64,000 bases of DNA, from contig SHYW01000004.1 in assembly GCA_009692615.1 (NCBI GenBank), positions 8,273 to 72,272 of the forward strand. The letters are read 5' to 3'. Shown in pieces: positions 1 through 8,539 of this stretch. Under the pieces are notes generated by a model. It did no database searches. It saw only the letters and a list, made by a program, of their open reading frames with translations, and had not been told where the DNA came from. The first letter of the stretch is position 1. The number at the start of each line of letters is the position of its first letter. Position numbers and translations under genes: made by a program. The DNA is from Deltaproteobacteria bacterium. GTDB lineage: Bacteria > Desulfobacterota > Binatia > UBA9968.

Positions 1-555
1 CTTCTTCGGGTCAAGAAACGTCAGCCGCTCCGCCATCGGAGTTTCGGGAAAAACATAGCCGCAAGATTTACAGGTGCGAAGTTTCACATCGCCATTGAAC
101 TCGTTGTAGACCGCCGAGACCTGCGACGGAATATCGCCCTGGTTCACTAATCGCGAAAGCACCAAGTCGTCGCACTGCTCACAGAACCAGGCGAACTCTT
201 CTTTTTCTTCCTGGCGGCGCTTGCGCTCGATCACCAAGCCCCAAGTGTTTTCAAAGCGCCGCGGCGAATGCGGCGTGCCGCCGGGCAAAACGAAGATCTC
301 GCCTTCCTGGATGCGAAAGGATTGCCGCCGCTCGCCTTCCGGCTTGACCACCAACTCCATCTCGCCTTCGACCTGATAAAAAAACTCGTCACCCGGCTGA
401 ATATGAAAATCGAGCCGAGTATTCGGCCCGCGCAGTATCATCACGAGAAAGTCTTTGTAATGCACCAGCAGGTGATTGGTTCGGATCGGTGGATTGAACA
501 ACTGCGCGTTGTCTTTAACCCACTTCTTTAAATGGTATGTCGAAAGTAATTCCAT
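1..555 (-). CDS. 3-hydroxyanthranilate 3,4-dioxygenase (cupin); 3' end runs off window edge
   Basis: Minus frame from ATG at about 555 reads MELLSTYHLKKWVKDNAQLFNPPIRT..HIQPGDEFFYQVEGEMEL..GTPHSPRRFE..FCEQCDDLV..CKSCGYVF. This matches bacterial HAAO/NbaC, with a cupin metal site and a C-terminal CxxC..CxxC site. It is absent from the ORF track because it is open at the edge. Confidence 0.75.
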   Translation of the reverse strand, partial: MELLSTYHLKKWVKDNAQLFNPPIRTNHLLVHYKDFLVMILRGPNTRLDFHIQPGDEFFYQVEGEMELVVKPEGERRQSFRIQEGEIFVLPGGTPHSPRRFENTWGLVIERKRRQEEKEEFAWFCEQCDDLVLSRLVNQGDIPSQVSAVYNEFNGDVKLRTCKSCGYVFPETPMAERLTFLDPKK

Positions 556-568
556 AAGCTAGCTCGTT

Positions 569-606
569 GGAGTATTGGAGTACTGGAGTGATGGGTATCG
601 GATGGC
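569..606. repeat. left arm of imperfect inverted repeat built from ~8-nt periodic GGAGTA-like units
   Basis: The sequence ggagtattggagtactggagtgatgggtatcg has a reverse complement (acccatcactccagtactccaatactcc) that matches 1061-1099 at about 24 of 28 positions. Confidence 0.55.
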
Positions 607-613
607 GCCACGA

Positions 614-1063
614 CTACGTGTCAGTCTTCATTAACTTCCCGTAGTTTTCATTGCTTTCCTTTACGATAAGTGTGTCAACCCAATCTCCATTAAGTTTTTT
701 CCTCTCGAGTGTTTCAACAAGCTTCAGTAACCCGTTCTCGATCTTGAAGGCGAGTTTATTCAAAGTAACGAACTCCTCCTCGGTAATCTGTTCGGCCTCT
801 CGATACGCGTGAAATCCAGATACGTTCTCTCCAAGAGAGGCCAAAGCAATGGTTAGAAAGTTGAGGTATTCCCGAATCGACTTTCGACAATACCCCTCTG
901 CAATGTTGCGATGGACGGAATCGCTCGCCGCTATCGATTGTGAGCCGACTCGTTTCAATTCGTAAGGCAATTTACGAAACACTTGGCTAGTGAGCCGATA
1001 CAATTCGATTGAGTCTTGCCACACTCGCAGCTGTTGATAGCCGCGGTTTTTGTTCTTAAACAC
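614..1063 (-). CDS. four-helix-bundle protein (23S rRNA intervening-sequence protein family, PF05635/TIGR02436-like)
   Basis: 149-aa ORF with ..AEGYCRKSIREYLNFLTIALASLGENVSGFHAYREAEQI.. typical of the family. It sits exactly between the inverted repeats. Confidence 0.65.
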   Translation of the reverse strand: MFKNKNRGYQQLRVWQDSIELYRLTSQVFRKLPYELKRVGSQSIAASDSVHRNIAEGYCRKSIREYLNFLTIALASLGENVSGFHAYREAEQITEEEFVTLNKLAFKIENGLLKLVETLERKKLNGDWVDTLIVKESNENYGKLMKTDT

Positions 1064-1099
1064 CCATCACTCCAGTATTCCAGAACTCCATCACTCCAT
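1061..1099. repeat. right arm of inverted repeat flanking the four-helix-bundle gene
   Basis: cacccatcactccagtattccagaactccatcactccat carries periodic ..actcc units and is the inverted partner of 569-606. Confidence 0.55.
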
Positions 1100-1873
1100 T
1101 TTTTTCAGCTTCTCGCACTCGCGGGCGACGCCGTCGGTGAGCGCCCACCAGATCGCCAGCCCTTTGCGCAGCGCTTTTATCACTCGCACTTGCAGCTCGT
1201 TGGTGGTGGCGAACTGTTCGATTAATTCATAGCCGATATTGCTGTGTTCGGTGTCGGCCTCGCCGTGCTCGGCGAAGAATTCAATATCATTCGGTTTCAA
1301 ACCGTAATGATCTCGAAAGCTTTTAAAAAAGCGCCCGCCGGTCAATTGGTTCGAATATTCGTTGCAGCAATTGGTCGAGGCCACCTGTTCGAGAATGTGA
1401 TTACTGCGCAGCGCGATATCCAACCAACCGACCCGCGCCAGCACCGTGGTCGGGAGAAAGTCCTCTTCTATCTCGCAGCGTTCCAATTCCTTGGCCGGTA
1501 TGCCGATCGCCTCGCCGTAGCGCAAGAACAAGGCGCGATGGCCGAGCACCGCGCGCGGCGAACCTTCGAAATAACTGTAGCCCACCTCGGAATGAATAAC
1601 ATCGACAAATTTTTTGTGAATCTCGGGATCGTGAATACCCGACAGTTGGCAACGCACGAGCTTGGCCGTGTTAATGGCGACGTTGTAAGCGAAAATACCC
1701 CAGGCCTCTTTGGCCCACACCCGCACCGCTTCGATGGCCAGCTTGCCTTCATAGAGGTCGAGATAAAACGGATGATAGAGCCGCGCGTGGCGCTGCTTGA
1801 CCTCGTTCATGAGGGCCTGACAAAACTCTTTCGTGGGCAGCGTCTTTCCACTTAGGACTGCTTCAACTGACAT
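1091..1873 (-). CDS. TenA/PqqC-like (haem-oxygenase-fold) family protein
   Basis: 260 aa. The stretch ..FYLDLYEGKLAIEAVRVWAKEAWGIFAYNVAINTAKLVRC.. resembles the PqqC/TenA family. ATG verified at 1873. Confidence 0.45.
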   Translation of the reverse strand: MSVEAVLSGKTLPTKEFCQALMNEVKQRHARLYHPFYLDLYEGKLAIEAVRVWAKEAWGIFAYNVAINTAKLVRCQLSGIHDPEIHKKFVDVIHSEVGYSYFEGSPRAVLGHRALFLRYGEAIGIPAKELERCEIEEDFLPTTVLARVGWLDIALRSNHILEQVASTNCCNEYSNQLTGGRFFKSFRDHYGLKPNDIEFFAEHGEADTEHSNIGYELIEQFATTNELQVRVIKALRKGLAIWWALTDGVARECEKLKKME

Positions 1874-1896
1874 GTTTCACCTCTACATGAATCTTG

Positions 1897-1931
1897 GAAG
1901 GGCGGGTTTTAAACCCGCCCCTACGAATCTC
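1897..1931. repeat. repeat family A copy (perfect hairpin gggcgggttt-taa-aacccgccc)
   Basis: Identical core also at 43912-43942, with a related copy at 3279-3344. Confidence 0.5.
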
Positions 1932-1940
1932 ATTTCTTTT

Positions 1941-1990
1941 TTGCGTACTTTGCGTTCTTTGCGGTTAATTGTCCGAATTCCGCTTACGCC
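1941..1990. repeat. repeat family F copy (ttgcgtactttgcgttctttgcgg..tccgaattccg)
   Basis: Near-identical to 57418-57464, with a partial copy at 47538-47556. Confidence 0.5.
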
Positions 1991-2421
1991 ATCCGCTGCT
2001 TTCGATTGTCGAATTTAAATTTGTTGGCGTTGCAAGCGACCTCGACGCGGTTGCCGTCGGGATCGAGAAAACTCACCGAACGATTGCCCGCCACCACCAA
2101 AGTTTCCGGCCCGCTGACGACGGGAACCTTGCGCCGCTTTAGAAGCGGACACAGCTCATCGATAATTTCGTTGCGGTCGACGTAGATGCAGAAGTGATGC
2201 AGCTTCGCCATCCCCTTGCCGCCGACGTGCTTGGCGCCTTTGGGTAATGCTTGCAGCGCGATATCGTGATGCTCACGGCCGTAACTCAAAAACGTCATCT
2301 TGGTTTGCAAGTTGCGCGCCGAGACTTTCAAGCCGAGCACCGCGGTATAAAATCGCACCGACTTCTTGAGATCCGCGACATTGAGCACGATATGACCGAG
2401 GGCGCCATTTTTCACCAACAT
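1984..2421 (-). CDS. VOC family protein (glyoxalase/bleomycin-resistance/dioxygenase fold)
   Basis: MLVKNGALGHIVLNVADLKKSVRFYTAVLGLKV.. is a VOC N-terminal signature. The ORF-track start is TTG, so the internal ATG at 2421 was chosen. Confidence 0.55.
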   Translation of the reverse strand: MLVKNGALGHIVLNVADLKKSVRFYTAVLGLKVSARNLQTKMTFLSYGREHHDIALQALPKGAKHVGGKGMAKLHHFCIYVDRNEIIDELCPLLKRRKVPVVSGPETLVVAGNRSVSFLDPDGNRVEVACNANKFKFDNRKQRMA

Positions 2422-2528
2422 GCTAGCAGCATTAATGACCGGAGGCAGAACTGTCAAGCGCCGCTCGGCGACGACAACAACGATTTTCCATGTTACAACA
2501 TCAGCAGTAATCACCAAGGAATGATTAA

Positions 2529-3254
2529 ATGATCAAGACTCTGTTGTATCTTCTCGCCAGCGGCAAGTTGGGGACAGTGCTGCTCACGGGCGGTACAATG
2601 CTGTTGTCGGTGTTCGTCTACGCATGGATATTCGGCCTGCCCTACGCCGTCGGCTTTGTCCTGTTGATCTTCCTCCACGAGATGGGTCATTACGCCGCCG
2701 CTCGCCAGTGCGGCCTCAAGGTCGGCGCGCCGACGTTCATCCCATTCGTCGGCGCCTGGATCGCGCTCAAAGACTTGCCACACAATGCCGAAACCGAAGC
2801 CTACATCGGCATCGCCGGTCCCGTGGCCGGCAGCGTCGCCGCTGTCGCTTGTTATTTTCTCGCCTTGAGCTACGACAGCCGCTTGCTGCTGGCATTGTCC
2901 TACTCCGGTTTTTTTATCAATCTGTTTAACCTGATTCCGCTGTCACCCTTCGACGGCGGCCGCATCACCGCGATCATCAGCCCGCGCCTCTGGCTCCTCG
3001 GCGTGCCGATATTGATGGCGGTATTTTTCTACACGCCCAGCCCGCTGCTAATCTACATGGCGTTACTCGCCTGGCCGCAGATCAAGCGCGCCTGGCACTA
3101 CGACCCGGCGGCGCCGGAGAACGCCTTCTACTATTCGGTCAGCCCAAGAAAACGAATTCAGTACTCCGTCTGTTACCTTGGCTTGGCGGCATTTCTCGCC
3201 GTCATGAGTCACGACGTTCACGAGATGTTGGAATTGTCCCGCAGCGCTCGATGA
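2529..3254 (+). CDS. M50 family (site-2 protease-like) zinc metalloprotease
   Basis: HEMGH zinc motif, multiple transmembrane helices, and LSPFDGG near the C-terminus. Confidence 0.75.
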   Translation: MIKTLLYLLASGKLGTVLLTGGTMLLSVFVYAWIFGLPYAVGFVLLIFLHEMGHYAAARQCGLKVGAPTFIPFVGAWIALKDLPHNAETEAYIGIAGPVAGSVAAVACYFLALSYDSRLLLALSYSGFFINLFNLIPLSPFDGGRITAIISPRLWLLGVPILMAVFFYTPSPLLIYMALLAWPQIKRAWHYDPAAPENAFYYSVSPRKRIQYSVCYLGLAAFLAVMSHDVHEMLELSRSAR

Positions 3255-3278
3255 AAATGTCGCATCGAACTGTGTCCT

Positions 3279-3344
3279 GTACGGGCGGGGCGCGACCCGC
3301 CCTTCCCATCCACCCCTGGATACCGGCCTACGCCGGTATGACGG
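3279..3344. repeat. repeat family A-related palindromic element
   Basis: Hairpin gggcgggg-cgcga-cccgccc, followed by cctgga and ggtatgacgg arms resembling 43879-43975. Confidence 0.4.
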
Positions 3345-3449
3345 ATATAAAAAGTGCGTAAACCTGTCGAACCGAAACCAAGATCGCCATTGACAGCAGT
3401 TTAATCCATGGGCCATATATCGATTGCCATTCTTGTAACGAGGTAGAAG

Positions 3450-4157
3450 ATGAAAATCATGGTCGTCATGGGCGAGTATCCGTCCGAGGAAACCGAGCGG
3501 CGCCGCCAAGCGGTGCTGAAGTGCGCCACGCCGGGCACCGAGATCGGCTTCGGCGTCATCGGCGCGACCTTCTTTCGCCATTCCAATTCACAGGTCAATT
3601 CGCTTTCCGCCGGACCGCTGGTCGCCCAAGTAGCAATCAAAGCCGAAGCGGATGGCTATGACGCCGTCGTCCCCTTCGGCACGCTCGACGCCGGTGTCGA
3701 GCTGGCGCGCAATCTAGTGAAAATCCCCGTCGTCGGCGCCGGCCAATCCGTGCTTCACCTCGGCGCGCAACTGAGTAATCGTTTGGGCGTGATCGCCTAC
3801 GAAGACAAAAGCATTCCGTTCATGCGCAAACAGATGCACGCCTGGCGCGTCGCCGATTCGGTGGTCGGCATCCGCGGCATCGGCATTCCGCTGCCGGAGA
3901 GCACCAAGAATCGCGAAGCGATGCGTGGAAAGTTCCTCGAAGTCGCCCGCAGTCTGATCGCCGACTGCGACGCCGAAGTTATCGTGCCCATGGGCGTCAC
4001 CATGGTGCCGGTGCAATACTCGCCCGAGGAAATGGCCAAAGAGCTCGGCGTGCCGGTCATGGACGCCCTCAAGACCAGCATCCAAACCGCCGAGATGATG
4101 GTACGCATGGGGCTGACGCATAGCGTTAGAACTTATCCGCGGCCGCTGGAGAAATAG
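3450..4157 (+). CDS. Asp/Glu/hydantoin racemase family protein
   Basis: 235 aa with family-wide similarity (..DAVVPFGTLDAGVELARN..IPVVGAGQS..). GAGG ribosome-binding site before the ATG. Confidence 0.6.
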   Translation: MKIMVVMGEYPSEETERRRQAVLKCATPGTEIGFGVIGATFFRHSNSQVNSLSAGPLVAQVAIKAEADGYDAVVPFGTLDAGVELARNLVKIPVVGAGQSVLHLGAQLSNRLGVIAYEDKSIPFMRKQMHAWRVADSVVGIRGIGIPLPESTKNREAMRGKFLEVARSLIADCDAEVIVPMGVTMVPVQYSPEEMAKELGVPVMDALKTSIQTAEMMVRMGLTHSVRTYPRPLEK

Positions 4158-4200
4158 CGTTGAGCCTCGAGGTTTGAGGGCCGAGCAGCTGGGAATCGTA

Positions 4201-5070
4201 ATGAGAAACTTTGAATTAGTCGAACCGCGATCGCTAAACGAAGCCTGCGCGCTCCTCGCCAACGAGAGCGATGCCAAAGCAGTCGCCGGCGGCACGGCGC
4301 TCTTGACGATCATCAAGCAAGGCCTGCTTCTGCCGAAGTCATTGGTCAACTTGAAGAAGATCGGCGATGGATCGGCGATCGCGTTCGATCCAATCCACGG
4401 CATGCGCATCGGCGCTTTGGCGACGATCAACGAGATCGAAACCTGCGAAATTGTAAAGCAGCACTATCCTATTCTCGCCCAAGCCTGTCACGTCGTCGCC
4501 AACATTCGCATTCGTAACATGGCGACCATCGGCGGCAACCTCGCCCATGGCGATTATCAATCCGATCCGCCGACCGTGCTCGCTGCTTTGAATGCGCGCG
4601 TTGAAATCATGAGCGCGACAGGGATTCGTGAATTACCGCTCGGCGAATTCCAACGCGGCAGCTACGAAACGGCCCTCGAAGCCGGCGAGTTGATCTCCGC
4701 GGTGATCATGCCACCGCTGCCAAGCGGAATGCTGGGCCACTATGTAAAATTCACGACCGGCTCTTCGGAAGAGCGCCCCTGCGCCGGTGTCGCGGCGTTG
4801 GCGCGGTTTGAAAACGGGTTGTGCAAGGAACTGCGCCTCGCTGTCGGTGCCGTGTCGGCGAAGCCGTCGCGCATTGGCGCGGAAGCCCTCGCCAACGGCA
4901 AAGCGCTGACACCTGATTTGATCGCCACCATCGCCGCCGAGGCGGCGCGCGCCGTCGACCCGATCGACGATGTGCGCGGACCGGCCGATTACAAGCGCCA
5001 TCTGGTCGGCGTGTTAACCCGCCGCGCGATTCAAGCGCTCGCCAATGGCAAGACGGAGGCGACAACATGA
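4201..5070 (+). CDS. molybdopterin dehydrogenase FAD-binding (medium) subunit, xanthine dehydrogenase/CoxM family
   Basis: FELVEPRSLNEACALL..AVAGGTALL.. matches the FAD-binding molybdopterin dehydrogenase domain. Its stop overlaps the next start (ATGA). Confidence 0.8.
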   Translation: MRNFELVEPRSLNEACALLANESDAKAVAGGTALLTIIKQGLLLPKSLVNLKKIGDGSAIAFDPIHGMRIGALATINEIETCEIVKQHYPILAQACHVVANIRIRNMATIGGNLAHGDYQSDPPTVLAALNARVEIMSATGIRELPLGEFQRGSYETALEAGELISAVIMPPLPSGMLGHYVKFTTGSSEERPCAGVAALARFENGLCKELRLAVGAVSAKPSRIGAEALANGKALTPDLIATIAAEAARAVDPIDDVRGPADYKRHLVGVLTRRAIQALANGKTEATT

Positions 5071-7343
5071 CCCTAGTCGGGACCAATGTCGAAATGGTCG
5101 GCGGCCGCGCCAAGGTTAGCGGCGCGGTGAGCTATGTCGCCGATATGGAATTCCCAGGCCAGCTTTACGCCAAGGCGCTGCGCAGCCCCTATCCGCACGC
5201 GAAATTGCTGCGCGTCACCGCCAGTAAAGCGGCGGCGCTGCCAGGAGTCCGCGCAGTGGTGACACGCGACGATTTAGCGGGGCTTAATCCTTACTTCGGC
5301 ACCGGCGTCGAAGATCAGCCGGTGGTCGTCATCGACAAAGTTCGCTGCGTCGGCGACATCGTCGCCGCGGTGGCCGCGGACTCAAAAGAAATCGCCGAAG
5401 AAGCGATCACGCTGATCGAAGCCGACTATGAAGAGCTGCCCGCCGCCACCGACATTCTCGCAGCCGCCAAGCCGGGCGCGCCGCTGGTGCAGGAGCAGCA
5501 TGTCGACAAAAACGCCGGCGGCAACATTCACGGCGTCTATCGCGCCGCCAGCGGTGACATCGAGCAGGGTTTCAAAGAATCCGATGAGATCATCGAAAAC
5601 ATTTATCACATTCCGCCCGTGCAGCATGGCCATATCGAACCTCACGTCGTGACGGCGCTGTGGGAGCCCAGCGGCAAGCTGATCGTGCATACGCCGAGCC
5701 AGACGCCGTCGCCGCTGCAAGAGCAGATCGCCAAGGTTTTTAAAATGCCCTTGAACCGCGTGCGCGTCATCGTGCCCTTCATCGGCGGTGGCTACGGCGG
5801 CAAGAACCACGCGCGCATCGAGCCGGTGGTGGCGTTGCTGGCGCGCAAAGCGCGCCGCCCGGTGCAGTGGATTCTCAGTCGCGAGGAAGTTTTTCTCACC
5901 GGCCGGCGCTTCGGCGCGGTGGTGAAAATAAAAACCGGCTTCAAGCGCGACGGCCGGCTATGGGCGCGCAAGGTCGAAGCCTGGTACGACATGGGCGCCT
6001 ACGCGCTGTCGGGTCCGGCGAACACGAAGAACGCGGCCATCATCGCGGGCGGCCCCTACAACATTCCCCATCGCGACTACACCACTTACGCGGTTTACAC
6101 CAACCTGCCGCCCGCCGGTCCCTACCGCGGCGTCGGCGCGTCCCATGTTTGCTGGGCCTATGAATCGGACCTCGACGACATCGCCCGGCGCTGCAACCTC
6201 GATCCGTTGGCAGTACGGCTGAAAAATCTAATTCAAGAGAACGACCGCTTCATCACCGGTGAAGCGATGATTTCCGTCGGGGTTTCGCAATGCGTCAAGC
6301 AGGTCGCGGAATCCATCGGCTGGCAAACGGGAGCGGAGCAGTCCTCGCGAAGCGATACGATTGTCCGAGGCAAAGGCCTCGCCGTCGCGATCAAGAGCAC
6401 TTCGACACCGAGCACCTCTGCCGCCAGCGTGCGGCTTAACGCCGACGGCTCGGCGGTCTTGCTCACCAGCACCTCCGACATGGGCCAGGGCGCGCAGACC
6501 GCGTTGGCACAGATCGTCGCCGATGAATTGGCGCTACCCTTCGAGCGCGTCACCGTGACTTTCCCCGATAGCGATATTACGCCCTACGACAAATCCACCA
6601 GCTCCAGCCGAGCGACCTTTCACATGGGCAAAGCGGCGCAGCTCGCCGTCGGCCAGATTCGCGATCAATTGTTTCAAGCGGGAGCCAAAGCCCTCGAAGC
6701 CCGGGTCGAAGACTTGGAGTTGCGCGATAGCCGATTGCAAGTAAAAGGCGTACCGGAAAGAAGTCTCACCTACCCGCAGCTCTTCAAAGCGATCTACGGA
6801 GAGGCCAGCGGCAGCCTATTTGGCAGCCATACATTGCGCACCGAAGGCGGCATCGATGCCCAGGGGCATGGCAAAGGTTCGTCGTTTTGGTTTTACTCCG
6901 CCGCCAGCGCCGAAGTCGAAGTAGACACCGAGACCGGCAAAGTCCGCGTCCTCCAAGTCGCCAGCGCCGTCGATGTCGGCAAAGCGGTGCATCCGATTCA
7001 ATGCGGCCTGCAAAACGAAGGCTCGGCGCTGGCCGGATTGGGCTCGGCGTTATTTGAAGAGATGCGCTACGACAACGGCCAGCCGATCAACAGCAGTTTT
7101 CTCGATTATCTCTTGCCGTCGATGCTCGATCATCCCGGTGAATTTAACTCGCTGCTCGTGGAAACGCCCCATCCCGACGGTCCCTACGGCGCCAAGGGCA
7201 TGGGCGAAGCGGCGCTACCACCGATGGCGCCGGCAATCGGTAACGCCATCGCGAACGCATTGAACGGCGTACGCGTGCGCGATCTGCCGGTGAAGCCAGA
7301 CAAGATCGTCGCCGCTTTGAGCGCGAGTAAAAAGAGAAGCTGA
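5067..7343 (+). CDS. xanthine dehydrogenase family molybdopterin-binding large subunit
   Basis: 758 aa with aldehyde oxidase/XDH a/b hammerhead and MoCo-binding domains. The active-site loop reads PYRGVGA (form II/generic), not the AYxCSFR of true CO dehydrogenase. Confidence 0.85.
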   Translation: MTLVGTNVEMVGGRAKVSGAVSYVADMEFPGQLYAKALRSPYPHAKLLRVTASKAAALPGVRAVVTRDDLAGLNPYFGTGVEDQPVVVIDKVRCVGDIVAAVAADSKEIAEEAITLIEADYEELPAATDILAAAKPGAPLVQEQHVDKNAGGNIHGVYRAASGDIEQGFKESDEIIENIYHIPPVQHGHIEPHVVTALWEPSGKLIVHTPSQTPSPLQEQIAKVFKMPLNRVRVIVPFIGGGYGGKNHARIEPVVALLARKARRPVQWILSREEVFLTGRRFGAVVKIKTGFKRDGRLWARKVEAWYDMGAYALSGPANTKNAAIIAGGPYNIPHRDYTTYAVYTNLPPAGPYRGVGASHVCWAYESDLDDIARRCNLDPLAVRLKNLIQENDRFITGEAMISVGVSQCVKQVAESIGWQTGAEQSSRSDTIVRGKGLAVAIKSTSTPSTSAASVRLNADGSAVLLTSTSDMGQGAQTALAQIVADELALPFERVTVTFPDSDITPYDKSTSSSRATFHMGKAAQLAVGQIRDQLFQAGAKALEARVEDLELRDSRLQVKGVPERSLTYPQLFKAIYGEASGSLFGSHTLRTEGGIDAQGHGKGSSFWFYSAASAEVEVDTETGKVRVLQVASAVDVGKAVHPIQCGLQNEGSALAGLGSALFEEMRYDNGQPINSSFLDYLLPSMLDHPGEFNSLLVETPHPDGPYGAKGMGEAALPPMAPAIGNAIANALNGVRVRDLPVKPDKIVAALSASKKRS

Positions 7344-7344
7344 A

Positions 7345-7806
7345 ATGAAACTCTCTATCGCCACGACTATCAATGGCCACAGCCAAGAGTTTCAGGTCAA
7401 CGCAAACCAAACGCTCTTGGAGCTGCTGCGCGACAAACTGAAACTCAAAGGCGCCGTCGAAGGTTGCAGCGTCGGCGTCTGCGGTTCATGCACGGTGTTG
7501 ATCGACGGCAAACCGGTCAGCTCGTGTCTTACCCTGGCGAGCAATATCGAAGACAAACAGGTCATTACTATCGAAGGCCTGTCGCAAAACGGTGAACTCG
7601 ATCCCGTGCAGCAAGCGTTCCTGAAACACCAAGCCTTTCAATGCGGCTTCTGCACCACCGGCATGATCATGGCGGTGAAAGGTTTACTGAACTCCAATGC
7701 CCATCCGAATGAAGAACAAGCGCGAGATTATCTGTCGGGCAACCTTTGCCGCTGCGGCACTTACAAAGAAGTGTTGGCGGCGGTCAAAGAGTTGGCAAAT
7801 AGTTGA
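7345..7806 (+). CDS. (2Fe-2S)-binding small subunit of the molybdenum hydroxylase
   Basis: CSVGVCGSCTV and CGFCTTGMIM..CRCGTY cysteine motifs. Confidence 0.85.
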   Translation: MKLSIATTINGHSQEFQVNANQTLLELLRDKLKLKGAVEGCSVGVCGSCTVLIDGKPVSSCLTLASNIEDKQVITIEGLSQNGELDPVQQAFLKHQAFQCGFCTTGMIMAVKGLLNSNAHPNEEQARDYLSGNLCRCGTYKEVLAAVKELANS

Positions 7807-7890
7807 TAGAAACGGTCACTGGCAGGTTTGCATCTCGCTTGCCAACTTAACTCACCGAGTTTAAACTGCCAAAAGTTCGAGGAAGCTATT

Positions 7891-8142
7891 ATGAAAGCGC
7901 GCATCATTCAAATCGGCAAAGCAAAAGGCGTTCGACTTCCAAATAAATTGGTCAAAGTGGCCCATCTCAGGGAAGAGGTCGAACTCGCAGCGGCACCTGG
8001 GCATATCACTATTCACAGCGCCGCTCGGCCGCGCGCCGGATGGTCGGCCTCAGCCAAGCGCATGCGCGAGCGCGGCGAGGATCGGCTAGTCGCGCCGGTA
8101 CCAGCGACAAAATTCGACGAGGAAGAATGGCGGTGGCGCTAG
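7891..8142 (+). CDS. mazE: AbrB/MazE/SpoVT-type antitoxin
   Basis: MKARIIQIGKAKGVRLPNKLV swapped-hairpin N-terminus. Overlaps the downstream toxin by 16 nt. Confidence 0.6.
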   Translation: MKARIIQIGKAKGVRLPNKLVKVAHLREEVELAAAPGHITIHSAARPRAGWSASAKRMRERGEDRLVAPVPATKFDEEEWRWR

Positions 8143-8468
8143 CTCAAACACCCGCACGCGGCGAAGTCTATTTAGTTCAGCTCGATCCAACGCGTGGAGT
8201 AGAGATCCGGAAAACCAGACCCTGCATCGTCATCTCACCCAATGAACTAAATCAACACCTGCGCACAGTAATTGTCGCGCCTTTGACCACGCAGAGTCAC
8301 GCCTATCCGTGGCGCCCACGCTGCCGATTTCAGGGCAAAGCCGGTTATGTTGTCATCGATCAGCTTCGTACCGTCGACGTCCAACGCTTGACCAAACGAC
8401 TGGGACAAATTCCGCAAAACACGCTTACTACGATACTGAACGTACTCCACGAGATGTTTGCATTTTAA
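8127..8468 (+). CDS. mazF: MazF/PemK family mRNA interferase toxin
   Basis: GEVYLVQLDPTRGVEIRKTRPCIVISPNELN..VIVAPLTT.. is a canonical PemK/MazF core. Confidence 0.7.
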   Translation: MAVALAQTPARGEVYLVQLDPTRGVEIRKTRPCIVISPNELNQHLRTVIVAPLTTQSHAYPWRPRCRFQGKAGYVVIDQLRTVDVQRLTKRLGQIPQNTLTTILNVLHEMFAF

Positions 8469-8539
8469 GTCAGGCCCAAACCTGTCGTAACTTGGCCGTC
8501 GCAAAATTTTCTACAATTCAGTGAATCGCGAATAACTCC

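Noticed and set aside
1244-1855. Long antisense ORFs opposite real genes (e.g. 1244-1855, 9380-10387, 20510-21344, 24108-25175, 44120-45442, 62886-63899)
   Set aside because: High-GC DNA produces long open frames on the non-coding strand. Their translations are Arg/Ala/Gly-rich and have no recognisable fold. In each case the opposite strand encodes a well-supported protein.
5067-7343. Calling the Mo-hydroxylase a carbon monoxide dehydrogenase (coxMLS)
   Set aside because: The large subunit lacks the AYxCSFR active-site loop and has PYRGVG instead. No coxDEFG-type accessory genes are present.
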